From Gemmatimonadota bacterium (GTDB lineage Bacteria > JBHIER01 > G020348925): a stretch of 64,000 bases of DNA. The stretch's first letter is position 1, and each line of letters starts with the position of its first letter. Made by a program: the position numbers and the translations under genes. This document shows positions 28,382-39,500 of the stretch, piece after piece. The DNA is taken from the NCBI GenBank assembly GCA_020348925.1, contig CP070758.1, forward strand, positions 3,487,688 through 3,551,687. The letters run 5' to 3'. A model generated the notes under the pieces. The model did not search any database. It was not told where the DNA came from and saw only the letters and a list, made by a program, of their open reading frames with translations.

Positions 28382-28478
28382 AAAAATCAAACATCAAAAA
28401 GCAAAATGACAGATCAAAATGCAAAATCATTTCTTTCCTTTCAAATATTTGGGGTCACATCTTTGATCTTTGATCTTC
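28382..28478 (-). mobile_element. Internally deleted copy of the four-helix-bundle element (flanks plus last codons LKGKK*)
   Basis: Minus strand: AAGATCAAAGATCAAAG 5' flank, TTG AAA GGA AAG AAA TGA, then the 3' flank matching 21880-21941. Confidence 0.7.
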
Positions 28479-29103
28479 TCTCTGTTTTGTCAATCTTATC
28501 CCTAACACCCCCCTGTTATTCCGAAAAAAGCCAGGCCGCATCGAAGATCTGTCAATGGTAACAAACCAGATTTCTCCACTCATCCCGCCTTGGCGGGATT
28601 CCGTCGAAAGGACACATCATTTGTCCCACTCGTATCCCCGAATCCTTGGCCCCTTGAATCCTCTATATTAAGGGTCACCGCCTTGATCTTTGATCCTTTC
28701 TCTGTCATGTCACTCTTTTTCTTAACACCCCCCTGTAGTCCCCCCATGATATGGGGGACGATGAGAAGTCCACCTTTCGTATAGAAACCACCTCTAAAAG
28801 TTCCCCGTTTGTAAAGGAGCCACACCTCAAGTCCCCCTTTCGTAAAGGGGGATTTAGGGGGATTTTATAAAGGAAATGTTTTTTCATTGAAACAATCCCC
28901 TCTAACTCCCCTTTGAAAAAGGGGGGAACATTTTCCGCATCAACACAAGATATTCCCTCATCATGGTGGAATTGTTGTTATGAAAATAACCCCTGAGACC
29001 CTCAGATAACGTCCGTGATACAGAAAGCTATATACTTTTTCCGTTCTCCGTTTTCCCTTAGATTCCCCCGAATCCTTGAACCCTTGAATCCTTTAATTAC
29101 AAC

Positions 29104-29152
29104 AAAAAAACACCTTCTCCCTCATTCATTCAAACGAGGTACAGAAGGCGTT
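29104..29152 (-). terminator. Intrinsic terminator inside the leader of the DUF1566 array
   Basis: AACGCCTTCT..CCTCGTTT..GAATGAGG.AGAAGGTG hairpin followed by T7. Confidence 0.7.
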
Positions 29153-29316
29153 CTATACTCTGACGGAAAGATGGCTGCCGTAACCACCCTTCCTCCTTTC
29201 ATGAAGTCGTCCCTGTTAACTCAAGTAAACCATGAAGCGGATATAATATTTTAGGTTAAAGGGATCGCGGGTTGAAACTTTGTCCGCATGCATACCCTCT
29301 CTTATATTCAGTTTTG

Positions 29317-29345
29317 ATATTATGCAATTATATGTAAAATGTCAA
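29317..29345 (-). promoter_or_regulatory. Sigma70-type promoter upstream of the DUF1566 array
   Basis: TTGACA-17 bp-TAATAT in AT-rich context. Confidence 0.65.
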
Positions 29346-29744
29346 GCATTTTTTTTTATAATTTTTATGCTTTCCTCCAACAGATACTTTATGATCAATT
29401 TAGCTAATTTGTTGATAAAATATTAAGTTAATTGAACTGCTCTTCTGAGAGTTGAACTCCCACCGATTTGTCGATTTGTTGGGATAGGCATACAACTCAT
29501 GCCCCAGCATGGGATGACAGATACTGTGCCTGTCTTTGCGAGTGAAGCGGAGAAATCCGGGGTTGGCAGCACGGACAGATTACTCGTTACACTCGAAATG
29601 ACAAAGAGGTGTGAATCTTTGGATTCAAATCCGCACAAAAGAAAACCTCCCGGAAGTTCCAACCCCGGGAGGTTATTTGTTAGATCCTTCGACGAAGCTC
29701 AGGACATGCTTTTCGATCCTTCGACAAACTCGGGGCATGCTTTT

Positions 29745-32744
29745 TTACTTCATCAACACCATCCGCTTCGTCTCCGACCAATGGCTCCCAATTGACAACC
29801 GAAAAAAGTACACTCCACTGGGAACGTCATTTCCCTGCCCATCCCGCCCATCCCAGGTGACCGTATAGTATCCGGGCTCCTGAACCTCATCCACCAAAGA
29901 TCGTATCTCCTGTCCCAGGATATTATAAATTTTCAGGTTGGTGTGAACTGGAGATCCACTATCTGCTATCTGATATCTGATATCTGTAACCGGATTAAAC
30001 GGATTCGGATAGTTCTGCTGAAGACTACACTCAACGGGTGTCAGGAACTCCGCCTTTAAAAGAGCCATCAACCTGTTGTAGTGCTCCGGTGTCACGTGAG
30101 GTTGTACCATCTTCAGAACCTCCCAGGTCTCGTCCGTCAGGTCCGTTTTGCAGGCACCAGGCACACACTCCCCGGTTCCCAGGATGACGTTAGCGATACC
30201 GATCAAATCCAGAAGATCGACATCACCATCACCGTTACAATCGGCCGCAACGAGAGCACTCTCCCCCAATGACCAAATTCCCAGGATGTAGTTGACGGTT
30301 GTGACGATATCGAAAAGATCAACGATGCCGTCTCCGGTCACGTCCCCGCGGAGCACATCACACGCATCGCCTGTCCCGTCACCGTCACCGTCCTCCTGAC
30401 CCGGATTAAACACATTCGGACAGTTATCGTCGACATCACACACACCATCCCCGTCACCATCCGAGCACAGATCACCGACATAACGGAGAACCTGAACGCC
30501 GACGCCCATCCGTTCGGAGACAGGAACTCCTGAAGATCCATTGAAACTGTATACTTGCCCAGGACCTTCAGGAAACCACGAGCAGTAGTACGTCGGCTCC
30601 ACACCCAAACCGAGAAGGAGCTGTCCTCCGTCGGAAGCCATTGACAGAACGCTTTCATGAAGCTCATCGACAGCGGTGCGCCAGATCAGATTTGACCAAG
30701 TTCCGTTGTAGGAAAAGAGCTGCGTTTCGGGCAAGCCAAAACCGCGCCAATCCTTACTGTACCATAACAATCCCTGATACGACTCCATCTGCCAGATCTC
30801 CCTGTTTTCGAGATCGTAATCCAGACTCGTCGACCAATGCAGACCGTCGGACGTCCGGTGCATGCGACCGAGCCAGGCACTGGAATAGAGCTCCGCACCG
30901 TAGGCCTCAAAATCCCAGATACAGCTTCCGCCCAACTCGGCCACCTCCACGAAACCCGTCCCGTCAAAGCGTCCGATATTGTCCACACCATGATCGCCCA
31001 GATAGAGCAAACCGTCCTTTTCCCACAGATACGAGCTGCGCACACCGGCCCAGTCCGGATAGTCCACAACCAGTATCCAATTGTGAGGACCCATGTATTT
31101 GTAGAGCCGCGCCCCACCCCCTGTGGTGCCGGCGTAGAGATTCCCCTGATAGACGTCCAGCGTATTCACCATAAAATCCATATCATCGCCCACCAGCGTC
31201 CACACACAATCGCCGTCGTATCGCCACACCTGACCGATGGAATAGAAACACGGACTCCCGGACATCGTCCCGGCGTACAACGTGCCCTCGTAATCAACGA
31301 GGGCGAGCACGGAATACCCGAGCACAGGCGAAAGAGCATTCCAAGTACTGTCAGCATTATACTTGTAGACAACCCCGGGATATGTCCCTCCGGCGTAGAA
31401 GCCGCTCAGGGATGTGTCGTCCACACAGGGAGGAGGAGCCATGACTGATAGCTCGAAATCAATTCCGAAGGTCGTGTCCGATTCCTGAACCGATACCAGA
31501 GTGGCCTCCCCCCAGTGCGATGCCTCGAAATAGAATTGCCCCTCGTATATTGGGTCCCCGGACTCGCAGTCCCACCCCGGAGCTCCGACATAATAGCTCC
31601 CCGGGGGTAAAACACTTAAAACGTACTTTCCCGACGAATTCGTGCATGTTTCTGAATTTCGTTCTCCACTCACACTGAAAACGGTAACAAACGTGTTCGC
31701 AACAGGCGTCACTCCATCGCTCTCATAGACATAGCCAGAAAGAGACCCGCCTGTGCCCAATCTGAAGTCAATCCCGAAGGTCGTATCCGGAGCTTCCACC
31801 GAAACCGGCGTGGCATTCTCCCAATACGGAGTGTCGTCGTAATATTGGCTCAAATAGAGTCTCTCCCAGGTCAGACAATCCCAACCCGTGGCCTCCACAT
31901 AGTAGATCCCCGAAGGCAAGGCATGGGCAGTATATCTGCCGGTAGAGTCGGTGCAGGCGTATGAATAATAGAAGAAATCTTCATCCAGGACATCAATTTC
32001 CGTGTTCGCAACGGGCGTCACACCATCGCGCTCGTAGACATGACCGGATATGCCCCCCATGAGAACAGGAACATCGGTTATGCTTACACAGTAATAATGC
32101 CCGGGTCCGCCCTCCGAGCCGTGGGAGAAATCCCGAACAAGAAGGTAAAACGTTCCCGAATGAGGAAGTCTAAAATTCACGATCCGAGAATCCCAGCCGT
32201 CCGCGTCGTCGTTCTCCGCAAGGACTGTCGTGGTATCCGAATCGTACAGATAGATATATGAGTCCAAGGACGATCCGAGAACGGAAGCATCAATATCAAT
32301 GGTCACTTCATCTCCCTCGGAGCCCGAAAAACCGAAAATGTCGGTATCCCCTTGCGGATCTATGGTCAAATCACACAGGGAATCTCCGTAGGCGATCGGG
32401 GTCGCCTGATGAAAGAAGTCGTTGGGCTCGTAGTTGTCGATAGTGACCCCCGTCACCATGGTACTTTCGGAGCGGTGAACCTTCTTCGAGAAAACAGCCT
32501 CTCTCATTCTCATTTGTTGTTTCTTTCGAACGGCACTACCTATTCCAGGACGTTCGTTCTTTATATCATTCGCTCTTCCATTGAACGTGCTGATATCCTC
32601 TTTTTGCTGTGTGAGTATGAATTCGATCTTCGCCGGTGCGCCGCAGTTTTTATGCATCCCCTTCTGGGAGGAGGCAGAGGCACAAAGGAGTATGAGCACC
32701 ACGCCGATTCCAGACACAACATATTCGGGCTTCCGAAAAAACAT
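29745..32744 (-). CDS. Secreted multidomain protein: PPC domain, two carboxypeptidase-regulatory-like repeats, beta-propeller, TSP3, dockerin, T9SS-type tail
   Basis: YEPND..DTDIF..LDSYIYLYD..ENDD, (I/L)SGxVYExDG twice, DGDGDGVCDVDDNCP, GDVTGDG..D / ADCNGDGDVD..D, QNYPNPFNP. Confidence 0.85.
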   Translation of the reverse strand: MFFRKPEYVVSGIGVVLILLCASASSQKGMHKNCGAPAKIEFILTQQKEDISTFNGRANDIKNERPGIGSAVRKKQQMRMREAVFSKKVHRSESTMVTGVTIDNYEPNDFFHQATPIAYGDSLCDLTIDPQGDTDIFGFSGSEGDEVTIDIDASVLGSSLDSYIYLYDSDTTTVLAENDDADGWDSRIVNFRLPHSGTFYLLVRDFSHGSEGGPGHYYCVSITDVPVLMGGISGHVYERDGVTPVANTEIDVLDEDFFYYSYACTDSTGRYTAHALPSGIYYVEATGWDCLTWERLYLSQYYDDTPYWENATPVSVEAPDTTFGIDFRLGTGGSLSGYVYESDGVTPVANTFVTVFSVSGERNSETCTNSSGKYVLSVLPPGSYYVGAPGWDCESGDPIYEGQFYFEASHWGEATLVSVQESDTTFGIDFELSVMAPPPCVDDTSLSGFYAGGTYPGVVYKYNADSTWNALSPVLGYSVLALVDYEGTLYAGTMSGSPCFYSIGQVWRYDGDCVWTLVGDDMDFMVNTLDVYQGNLYAGTTGGGARLYKYMGPHNWILVVDYPDWAGVRSSYLWEKDGLLYLGDHGVDNIGRFDGTGFVEVAELGGSCIWDFEAYGAELYSSAWLGRMHRTSDGLHWSTSLDYDLENREIWQMESYQGLLWYSKDWRGFGLPETQLFSYNGTWSNLIWRTAVDELHESVLSMASDGGQLLLGLGVEPTYYCSWFPEGPGQVYSFNGSSGVPVSERMGVGVQVLRYVGDLCSDGDGDGVCDVDDNCPNVFNPGQEDGDGDGTGDACDVLRGDVTGDGIVDLFDIVTTVNYILGIWSLGESALVAADCNGDGDVDLLDLIGIANVILGTGECVPGACKTDLTDETWEVLKMVQPHVTPEHYNRLMALLKAEFLTPVECSLQQNYPNPFNPVTDIRYQIADSGSPVHTNLKIYNILGQEIRSLVDEVQEPGYYTVTWDGRDGQGNDVPSGVYFFRLSIGSHWSETKRMVLMK

Positions 32745-32889
32745 AGGAACCTCCTTTAAATCTCAAAGCTGTTTTGGCCTTTCTTCACATCTCCGACAAC
32801 AATCATGTAACCAAGGGACGATAAGAGACTTCGAAAAAACGACGAGTTCCGTTACACCAGAACCGACGTTCTTGAAAATGCGTGTTCCA

Positions 32890-33069
32890 TTAATCCAGCA
32901 GTATTTTCAAAGCTTTATTATATTCCGCCATGGCCTGTTGATATTTCCCCTGTTGAATGAGCCGATCGCCAAGGGTGATGTGCCAATTCTCGTTTCTCTT
33001 CTTTCTTCTTTTCATGTTTCGAGGCTTTCCCCTCCTTTTCCCCACCCCGTTTTCTGCCGGACGTTCCAT
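32890..33069 (-). CDS. Small basic protein with a single TPR motif (59 aa)
   Basis: MERPAENGVGKRRGKPRNMKRRKKRNENWHITLGDRLIQQGKYQQAMAEYNKALKILLD matches TPR consensus LG..G.Y..A...Y.KAL. Below the ORF-track cut-off. Confidence 0.6.
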   Translation of the reverse strand: MERPAENGVGKRRGKPRNMKRRKKRNENWHITLGDRLIQQGKYQQAMAEYNKALKILLD

Positions 33070-33526
33070 GATCAGCCCTTCCTGAAAGAGACATTGAACA
33101 CCAATGTCACATATAATTTAAATACAAGCGAAAGGAATGCCAAGATGCCAAAGAGTCTGATGTAAGCAAGTATCTTTTTGTTCAGCAGCCAATTACGGGG
33201 ATACAGGTGTCATTAAAAAAGAGAAGGTACGGATGGACCATTCGCCGAAAATGGGTGATTTAGCCCAAATAAAGGGGACAGGCCACTTATTCTTTCTCTT
33301 ACCCATGAAACGGGAAAGGATAGTCTGGGACGTCCCAAATACGCCATGGAATGAAGAAAAATCTGTGTCGTATTTGTGAGACAGGGAACAACAACACGCA
33401 TCGAATCCGGTTGCGAAATTCCAATTGCACCTCTTTTGAGGCTTCATTGCTCCCAGTCGCATCTTTTACTGAACCCCATTCGAAAATCGTCGCCTGACAA
33501 AAGTGCCTGTCCTCTTACTGAGCAGG

Positions 33527-33563
33527 AAAAAACCGCCCCAGTCATCGGACCAGGGCGGTTTTT
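33527..33563 (-). terminator. Intrinsic terminator
   Basis: AAAAAACCGCCC...GGGCGGTTTTT. Related hairpins at 36414-36451 and 48213-48249. Confidence 0.7.
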
Positions 33564-33591
33564 GCGGGGCGCGTTAACTGAAAATCAAGGT

Positions 33592-35970
33592 TTACTTCAT
33601 CAGAATCATCTTATTCGTGGCCGTGAATTCACCGGCTGTGATCCTGTAAAAGTACACACCCGTGGGCACATGGGCGGCGTTCCAGGTGACGGTGTATATT
33701 CCAGCGGACTGACGTTCACTTACTAAAGTGGCCACATTCTGTCCGAGCAGATTATAGACCGCCACATGGACCATGCACTCAGTCGGAATACCGTAGCTGA
33801 TATCCGTCTCCGGATTGAAGGGATTGGGATGGTTCTGGGCGAGTGAGAAACCACCCGGAACCGGACCGACCGCCTTGGCCCCTCCGGCATAGATGGCATC
33901 GCTGGTCTCGCCAAGATCGCTCCGAAACGTATACCCGGCCACGACCACATCGTCCACAGAGAAGTACCACCATCCGACGGGATCCTTGAGCTTGTCGGAA
34001 TTACAGGTTCCCACACCTGTCTTCTTGGTCATAAAGACATCGGAATCGGTCGTCAAGCCGTCCCAGTGACTGGAAACTGACGCGCGAAAAACCGGATTGT
34101 TGGCCTGATCCCATATGAGTACTTCGGCCACCGCGTTGGTCGTCTTTCCTTTCGTTACCAGAGAGAGATCGATGCTCTTCACCCAGACATAGGGGGCGGG
34201 AGCTTCCTCGATGGTAAAGTAACCGTCGGACACATCCGACCCGACATTGCTCGCGGCATCGTATGCTTCCACTTTCACCAGACACGTCGTCGAAGGCGTG
34301 TTGGGTACGGTCCAGTCATAGGTGCCAGGATTTCCTGATAGGTTATCGATGAGATCATAGTTTGAGCCGCCGTCATAGGAATAAAAGATGTCGGTCCGAC
34401 TCACGCCCACATTATCCGTCGCATCCCAGGTGATGGTATGAACCTGACCGACGGTCCAGATCTCGCCGCCGTTGGGCGCAGTGACGGTCACCTCGGGCGG
34501 TATCGTGTCGGTCACCATAACGGCCAGAACCGCCTCATAGGCGTCGATGCATCCCCATCCGTAAGTGTTGTCCTCGCCCGCTGTCCCTTCGTCCCGGGCG
34601 GTATTCATCAGAACCTGCTTGATGATCTGCACGTCGGCATTGGGGTTGGCCTGTCTCATCAGGGCGACCACACCAGCCACGTGAGGACCGGCCATCGAGG
34701 TCCCGCTCATTCGTACATAGCCCCCATTATTGTATGAGGAGTAAACGTAAGACCCCGGTGCGACCACTTCCGGCTTGATGGTCACACCGTCGCAGTCCGA
34801 GGGCCCCCGGCTGCTGTAAGAGGCAATGGGATAGGGCCAGCCATAATTTTCGGCGTCCACTGCACCCACGGAGAAATTGACCGTGGACGTATTGCAGATA
34901 TTGGCCGGTGATCTGTGGGTTTGCGCACTCGGCCCCTCGTTTCCGGCACTGAATGTGACCACGACGCCCGCGGCCTCGCAGGCCTCGATCGCCGTTTGCC
35001 AGCGGTAGTCGCAGTCCTCGTAATCATAGCCGAAGCGCCCGTCGATTCCCCAGGAGTTCTGCACCACGTCCGGAACGTCGTCGGTGGTGCCGGGATCACC
35101 GTCCGGATCGGCAAACCACTGGAAAGCGCCCAGAACGTCGTTATCGAACTCCGGGCCGACGCTCTGGTTGATGGAATTGTCAGCAATCCACTGCGCCTCC
35201 CAGGCGACGCCGACCGTATCACCGGTGGCATGTCCTGCCCCGCACATGGTCCCCATGGTATGCGTGCCGTGCCCATGGTTGTCCACAGGATACGTCGTTC
35301 CTCCTCCCAGAGCATCTCTCCAGCACTCCTGCCAGGGATGCCAGTTGCCTCTCCACCTATCGGTCAGGGCCGCGTGATCCCCATCCACACCCGTATCCAT
35401 ACCGCCGATCAGCCTGCCGGCCCCGGTATAACCCAGCTCATGCCACACCCTGTCCGCGTTGATGGCTCTGAGACTGTTGGTTACCCCTATGCCGAGAGTG
35501 GGAGAACCAGCCCTGACATCAACAGGATCGATCAATACGGCTCTGAAATTGGACTCAACAGCCTCCACCTCCGGACGCTGAGCGATACCGTAAAGTTCGG
35601 TCTTCGTCGCGGAAACAACGACTAAGTTCATTAACCAGTAAGGCGTATATCCTTTGACGACTCCTGCCTGCGCCTTGCTGTTGAGATAGCCCAGGAGGGT
35701 TGGCTGCGACCTGTCAGCCGCCTGCTGCAAAGCATGGATTACCCTTTCATGCCTCACGCCCAGGGGAGCTCTCTCCGCCCGTAAGGCGTTATCCAGAGCC
35801 CTTATGTTTGGACGATCCGTGAGATAGACGATGGCAGAGGCAAAGTCGTCATCAGAGATTGTACCCAAATAGGCGGCAAAATTCGGCTCAATCTCTCCGG
35901 CAAAAACCGGGAGACTCAAAACAACTGCCGCTGCCCATAATACAACTGAGTTCAATACAAGCTTTTTCAT
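33592..35970 (-). CDS. S8 serine peptidase (bacillopeptidase F-like) with T9SS-type tail
   Basis: Catalytic triad DTGVD / HGTHTMGT / SGTSMAGPH, signal and propeptide, PNGGE Ig module, QNHPNPFNP. Confidence 0.93.
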   Translation of the reverse strand: MKKLVLNSVVLWAAAVVLSLPVFAGEIEPNFAAYLGTISDDDFASAIVYLTDRPNIRALDNALRAERAPLGVRHERVIHALQQAADRSQPTLLGYLNSKAQAGVVKGYTPYWLMNLVVVSATKTELYGIAQRPEVEAVESNFRAVLIDPVDVRAGSPTLGIGVTNSLRAINADRVWHELGYTGAGRLIGGMDTGVDGDHAALTDRWRGNWHPWQECWRDALGGGTTYPVDNHGHGTHTMGTMCGAGHATGDTVGVAWEAQWIADNSINQSVGPEFDNDVLGAFQWFADPDGDPGTTDDVPDVVQNSWGIDGRFGYDYEDCDYRWQTAIEACEAAGVVVTFSAGNEGPSAQTHRSPANICNTSTVNFSVGAVDAENYGWPYPIASYSSRGPSDCDGVTIKPEVVAPGSYVYSSYNNGGYVRMSGTSMAGPHVAGVVALMRQANPNADVQIIKQVLMNTARDEGTAGEDNTYGWGCIDAYEAVLAVMVTDTIPPEVTVTAPNGGEIWTVGQVHTITWDATDNVGVSRTDIFYSYDGGSNYDLIDNLSGNPGTYDWTVPNTPSTTCLVKVEAYDAASNVGSDVSDGYFTIEEAPAPYVWVKSIDLSLVTKGKTTNAVAEVLIWDQANNPVFRASVSSHWDGLTTDSDVFMTKKTGVGTCNSDKLKDPVGWWYFSVDDVVVAGYTFRSDLGETSDAIYAGGAKAVGPVPGGFSLAQNHPNPFNPETDISYGIPTECMVHVAVYNLLGQNVATLVSERQSAGIYTVTWNAAHVPTGVYFYRITAGEFTATNKMILMK

Positions 35971-36355
35971 TGCGATATCCCCCCCAACATCTCTTAGAAA
36001 GGTTGACGCTTCCTGTTAACATACATTTTCATATGTCAACATCCCCCTCAGCCGGACAAAACACTTTTTTGAGATCACCCCCTCTTACAATTTGGGTTGA
36101 CGGTGAAACAGGACTCCTCGCTCCGTTATCACCCCCCTTCTTGTGGAATGGTTGTGACTCCCGGCCCGATTGACGAGGATCATGCGGCCGGAATATCCGT
36201 CAGGCGTGCGGAACAAAATCATCCCAACGTGAACGAAATACGCAGCATTCAAAAGTATTGTCGTCCGCGCCCTGTCTTGACAGCAACCCTAACTGCCAGA
36301 AATTCGTTTCGAGATCTGGTCGAGGTTAATCATATGTACGATGAAGTATGAACAT

Positions 36356-36384
36356 AGTATATATCATTCACACAACCGTGTCAA
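36356..36384 (-). promoter_or_regulatory. Sigma70 promoter of S8 peptidase 33592..35970
   Basis: TTGACA-17 bp-TATACT. Confidence 0.8.
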
Positions 36385-36549
36385 GAAGGAAAAGAGAACT
36401 TTTTTGAGCAACGAAAAAGCCGCCCCGGTTTCGAAACCGAAGCGGCCTTTTCTGTCTCTGCTTTTAACCGAGAATTCTCGAAATTCCTGCCTCCGTGAGA
36501 AAATAGAGACTTCCCAAGTCCCCGAGACTTCGGAAGTCTGACCTCAAAT

Positions 36550-39500
36550 CTACTTCATGAGGACCATCTTGCGCACAGCGCTGAAATCACCTGCGGTGAG
36601 GATGCAAAAATAGACACCACTTGGCGCCGATTCCGCGTACCAGATGACCTCGTGGTGACCCGGTGTCATTTCTCTTTTGATGAGGGTTTCCACCTTCTGT
36701 CCCAAAACGTTGTAGACAGCAAGATCCACATCACATTCCCTCGGCAATTCAAATGCGATCTTTGTTTTGGGATTAAAAGGATTGGGATAATTCTGGGCCA
36801 GACTGTACGCTTTCGGAAGGGGTACAACCTTTGCCGTGGCGGTCAGCATCGTTGCCTCATCAACTATGGCTTCAATGTCAAGAACAGCGCGGAACAACTC
36901 AGGGAAAGTTAATGCTACTTGAGAAAAATCCCGCTCACCGGCCGCAGCCACCCTGATTTCGTCCCCGTCGGTCCGCCACTCGACCAGTGCACCGTCAATG
37001 TGGACGGACGCAGGTCTCAGATCAGCAGCATTTCTCAGAACCAGATCCATCGCTGCCACCGGCTCGGAAAAAGTGAGGACGATCCCAGGATCGTTGATCT
37101 CAACCTCAATCCCGCCGGCGGCAATTTTCGGACCAGCCGATCCCGGCCAGTTCCTGCTCACGTCGCCCACGAGAACGGCATAAAAGTCCTGGTCCGGCAC
37201 GTCATCCTTGATCGACACGGTACAGCGAACGGGTGGAAAGAAAAGCCAGCTGCCAATACTGTTCTCCGGTATCAGAGGCGCGTTCGTGTTTTGCGTGACG
37301 ACATATTTCAGCAGTACCGAGGCGTCAAAGGCACTCACCGTCCCGTCACCCGTCACATCCGCAGCCTCCAGCTGACAGGAATCCAGGGTCACAGCATTGC
37401 AGATGGTCCTCAAGATCATGGCAGCATCGTAGGAGGTGATGGTCTGAATCCCGAGACCGCCCGCCTTCGAGGGGGTGACGCAATACTCCCCCGTCGACCC
37501 GTAGAGATGGTAAAACCAGTAGTCGCCGTTCTCATCCGTGGCATTCAGCATCACCTCATCGATCAAACCGTCCAGGTCGACGTCCCAGGTCAAGGTCATG
37601 GCCACATCATCCACGGCCACGCCCGTCGAACAGTACGACACGCTCCCGCCAATCGCATGGCGGACGACGATGAATACGCCATCATCATGGCAGGCGGCGG
37701 GCTCACCCTCGTTGAACATGACATGATCGATACACAGATAGTTGCAGGCGCCCTCCTCAGCCTCGGGATCGATCCAGAACCCCACGTACAGCATGTCGTA
37801 CCAGGTGCAGATGGGATCCGACTGGGGCAGCGGATAATTGCCGGCCATGGAGACGGCAATCGTGCCGCCCTCCTCATCTACGTCGTAGGTCAGCGCACCC
37901 CAGTTCTCCGTAATCAGACCTTCATTGCCCACTTCCCCCACCGTCATCAGCTCCGGATCGTAACACAGCACCAGCGTCACGGAAACAACGTCCAGATCGG
38001 CCAACGGCTCGTAGTCAGGATGGATCCGCACCGGAATCTCCAGCCACCCCCCGGCATGCCACGTCGTGTCCGGCCAGGCCACCAGAATCTCGCAATCCTC
38101 AACCACGATGGTGGTGGATACTGTATCGTAGAGCGGCTGGCCCGTCGTATGCGTCGACATGGCGATGAAGTCGATGTCCAGGGTGTCGCACGCACCCAGC
38201 TTCAGCGGACGCCAGCAGAATTCCATGGAGGTCGAGCCCAGACCCCTGACCGTATCCTCCCCGGCACCGTCGCACGGCTCAGGGTCCAGCTCCGACCACA
38301 GGACGATCGAGTCGTTGTCCGCATCCACGGCCACAATATCAAAACACTCCTCATACATCTCGTGGTAGTAAATTGTCTCATCCACCGCGGTCACCAGCTC
38401 CGGCGGACGGTTGACGATCACCATGCCCTCCTCGGCCGCAGTTTCCCACGAACCCTCGTCGAAGAAGATCTCCTCAATGGTGATAAAACTCGTATCCCCC
38501 GGAGTTGCAGAGGCATCCACCCAGAAGCCGAAATTGACCAGACACCCGCCGCACTCGATCCCCTCAGAGGCATCCCCACCTCCGATGAGCCAGAACTGCA
38601 CCGTGTCGTGAGCCCCTCCCTTGAAATGCCACTTGATGTCCCAGCCCGTCGAATCCAGACACGTGCTGTCATAGACCATGGTCGAATCGAACCAGACGAC
38701 GGTCGTGTCAAAGGAGATCTCCCCGTACAGGGTGTTGACGTAGAGACCGCTCATATCATCGGAATAGAGACACACATCGAAATACGAATCGGGTTTTTGA
38801 ATCACCAGCGGCGGCTCGATGCTCAGTGCCACCGTCGGATCGTCCCCGCTCTCCTCGATGACCAGGACGAACTCGTCGCTGTGAACCAAACTGTCCTCAG
38901 CTTCCCCGGTGACGCTCACGGTGTGGGCACCCAGAGGAGCGGCCATCGACGAACGAAGAGTCAAGACCGAATTGATCGATCCGGAGGGCATCGGTGTGAC
39001 CGGATCGGGGTAAAAGCTGGAGGTCACCCCGGCAGGTAATCCCTCAACAGTTAACTCGACGGCCTCATTGAAGCCAAGAAGTGAGGTAACTGTCGTCGCG
39101 ACCAGCGTCCCCCCCCGCTGTAGCACAAAGGCCGTGTCCTGTGCAACCGTTAGGGTGAAATCCGGCGCATCGATCACCTTCAACCTCACCTCGGAGGTGT
39201 GACGCAGCATTCCGGTCTCGTCCATACCGAGAAGAATGAACGGATGGATTCCCACCGGCGTCGTCGATGATGCCTCTACAATTAAGGTGGCATTCACCGA
39301 TCCGGCCGGCGGCACCAGCACCGGATTGGGTCCGAAGCCGGCGATCAGATTGCAGCACAGGTTGCACACACTCAGGCTCACCGGCCCGCTGAATCCACCC
39401 AATGAAATAACGGTCACTGTATACGTCGCAGTCTGACCCACTTCAACCATTTCAGGACCCGATGCCATCGTGTTCTCCGTCTGCGTCGAAACCAATTTCG

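Noticed and set aside
28550-28580. IS21-like terminal inverted repeat (TGTCAATGGTAAC..)
   Set aside because: No partner end or transposase was found, and the match is too weak.
23670-28930. CRISPR array suggested by recurring palindromes
   Set aside because: Repeats are degenerate, irregularly spaced REP-like hairpins without unique constant-length spacers, and no cas genes are present.
29615-29640. tRNA T-loop-like GGATTCAAATCC
   Set aside because: A simple palindrome with no cloverleaf. No tRNA or rRNA was seen in the window.
20400-29740. DGR template repeat or reverse transcriptase inside the window
   Set aside because: No AAC-rich non-coding copy of the VR-like ends on either strand and no RT-like ORF were found by eye. 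The DGR core must be elsewhere or lost.
36919-39039. 706-aa plus-strand ORF and other long antisense ORFs (9876..10949, 46295..47452, 11106..12005)
   Set aside because: Shadow ORFs opposite GC3-rich genes with clear domains. They carry no recognisable motifs of their own.
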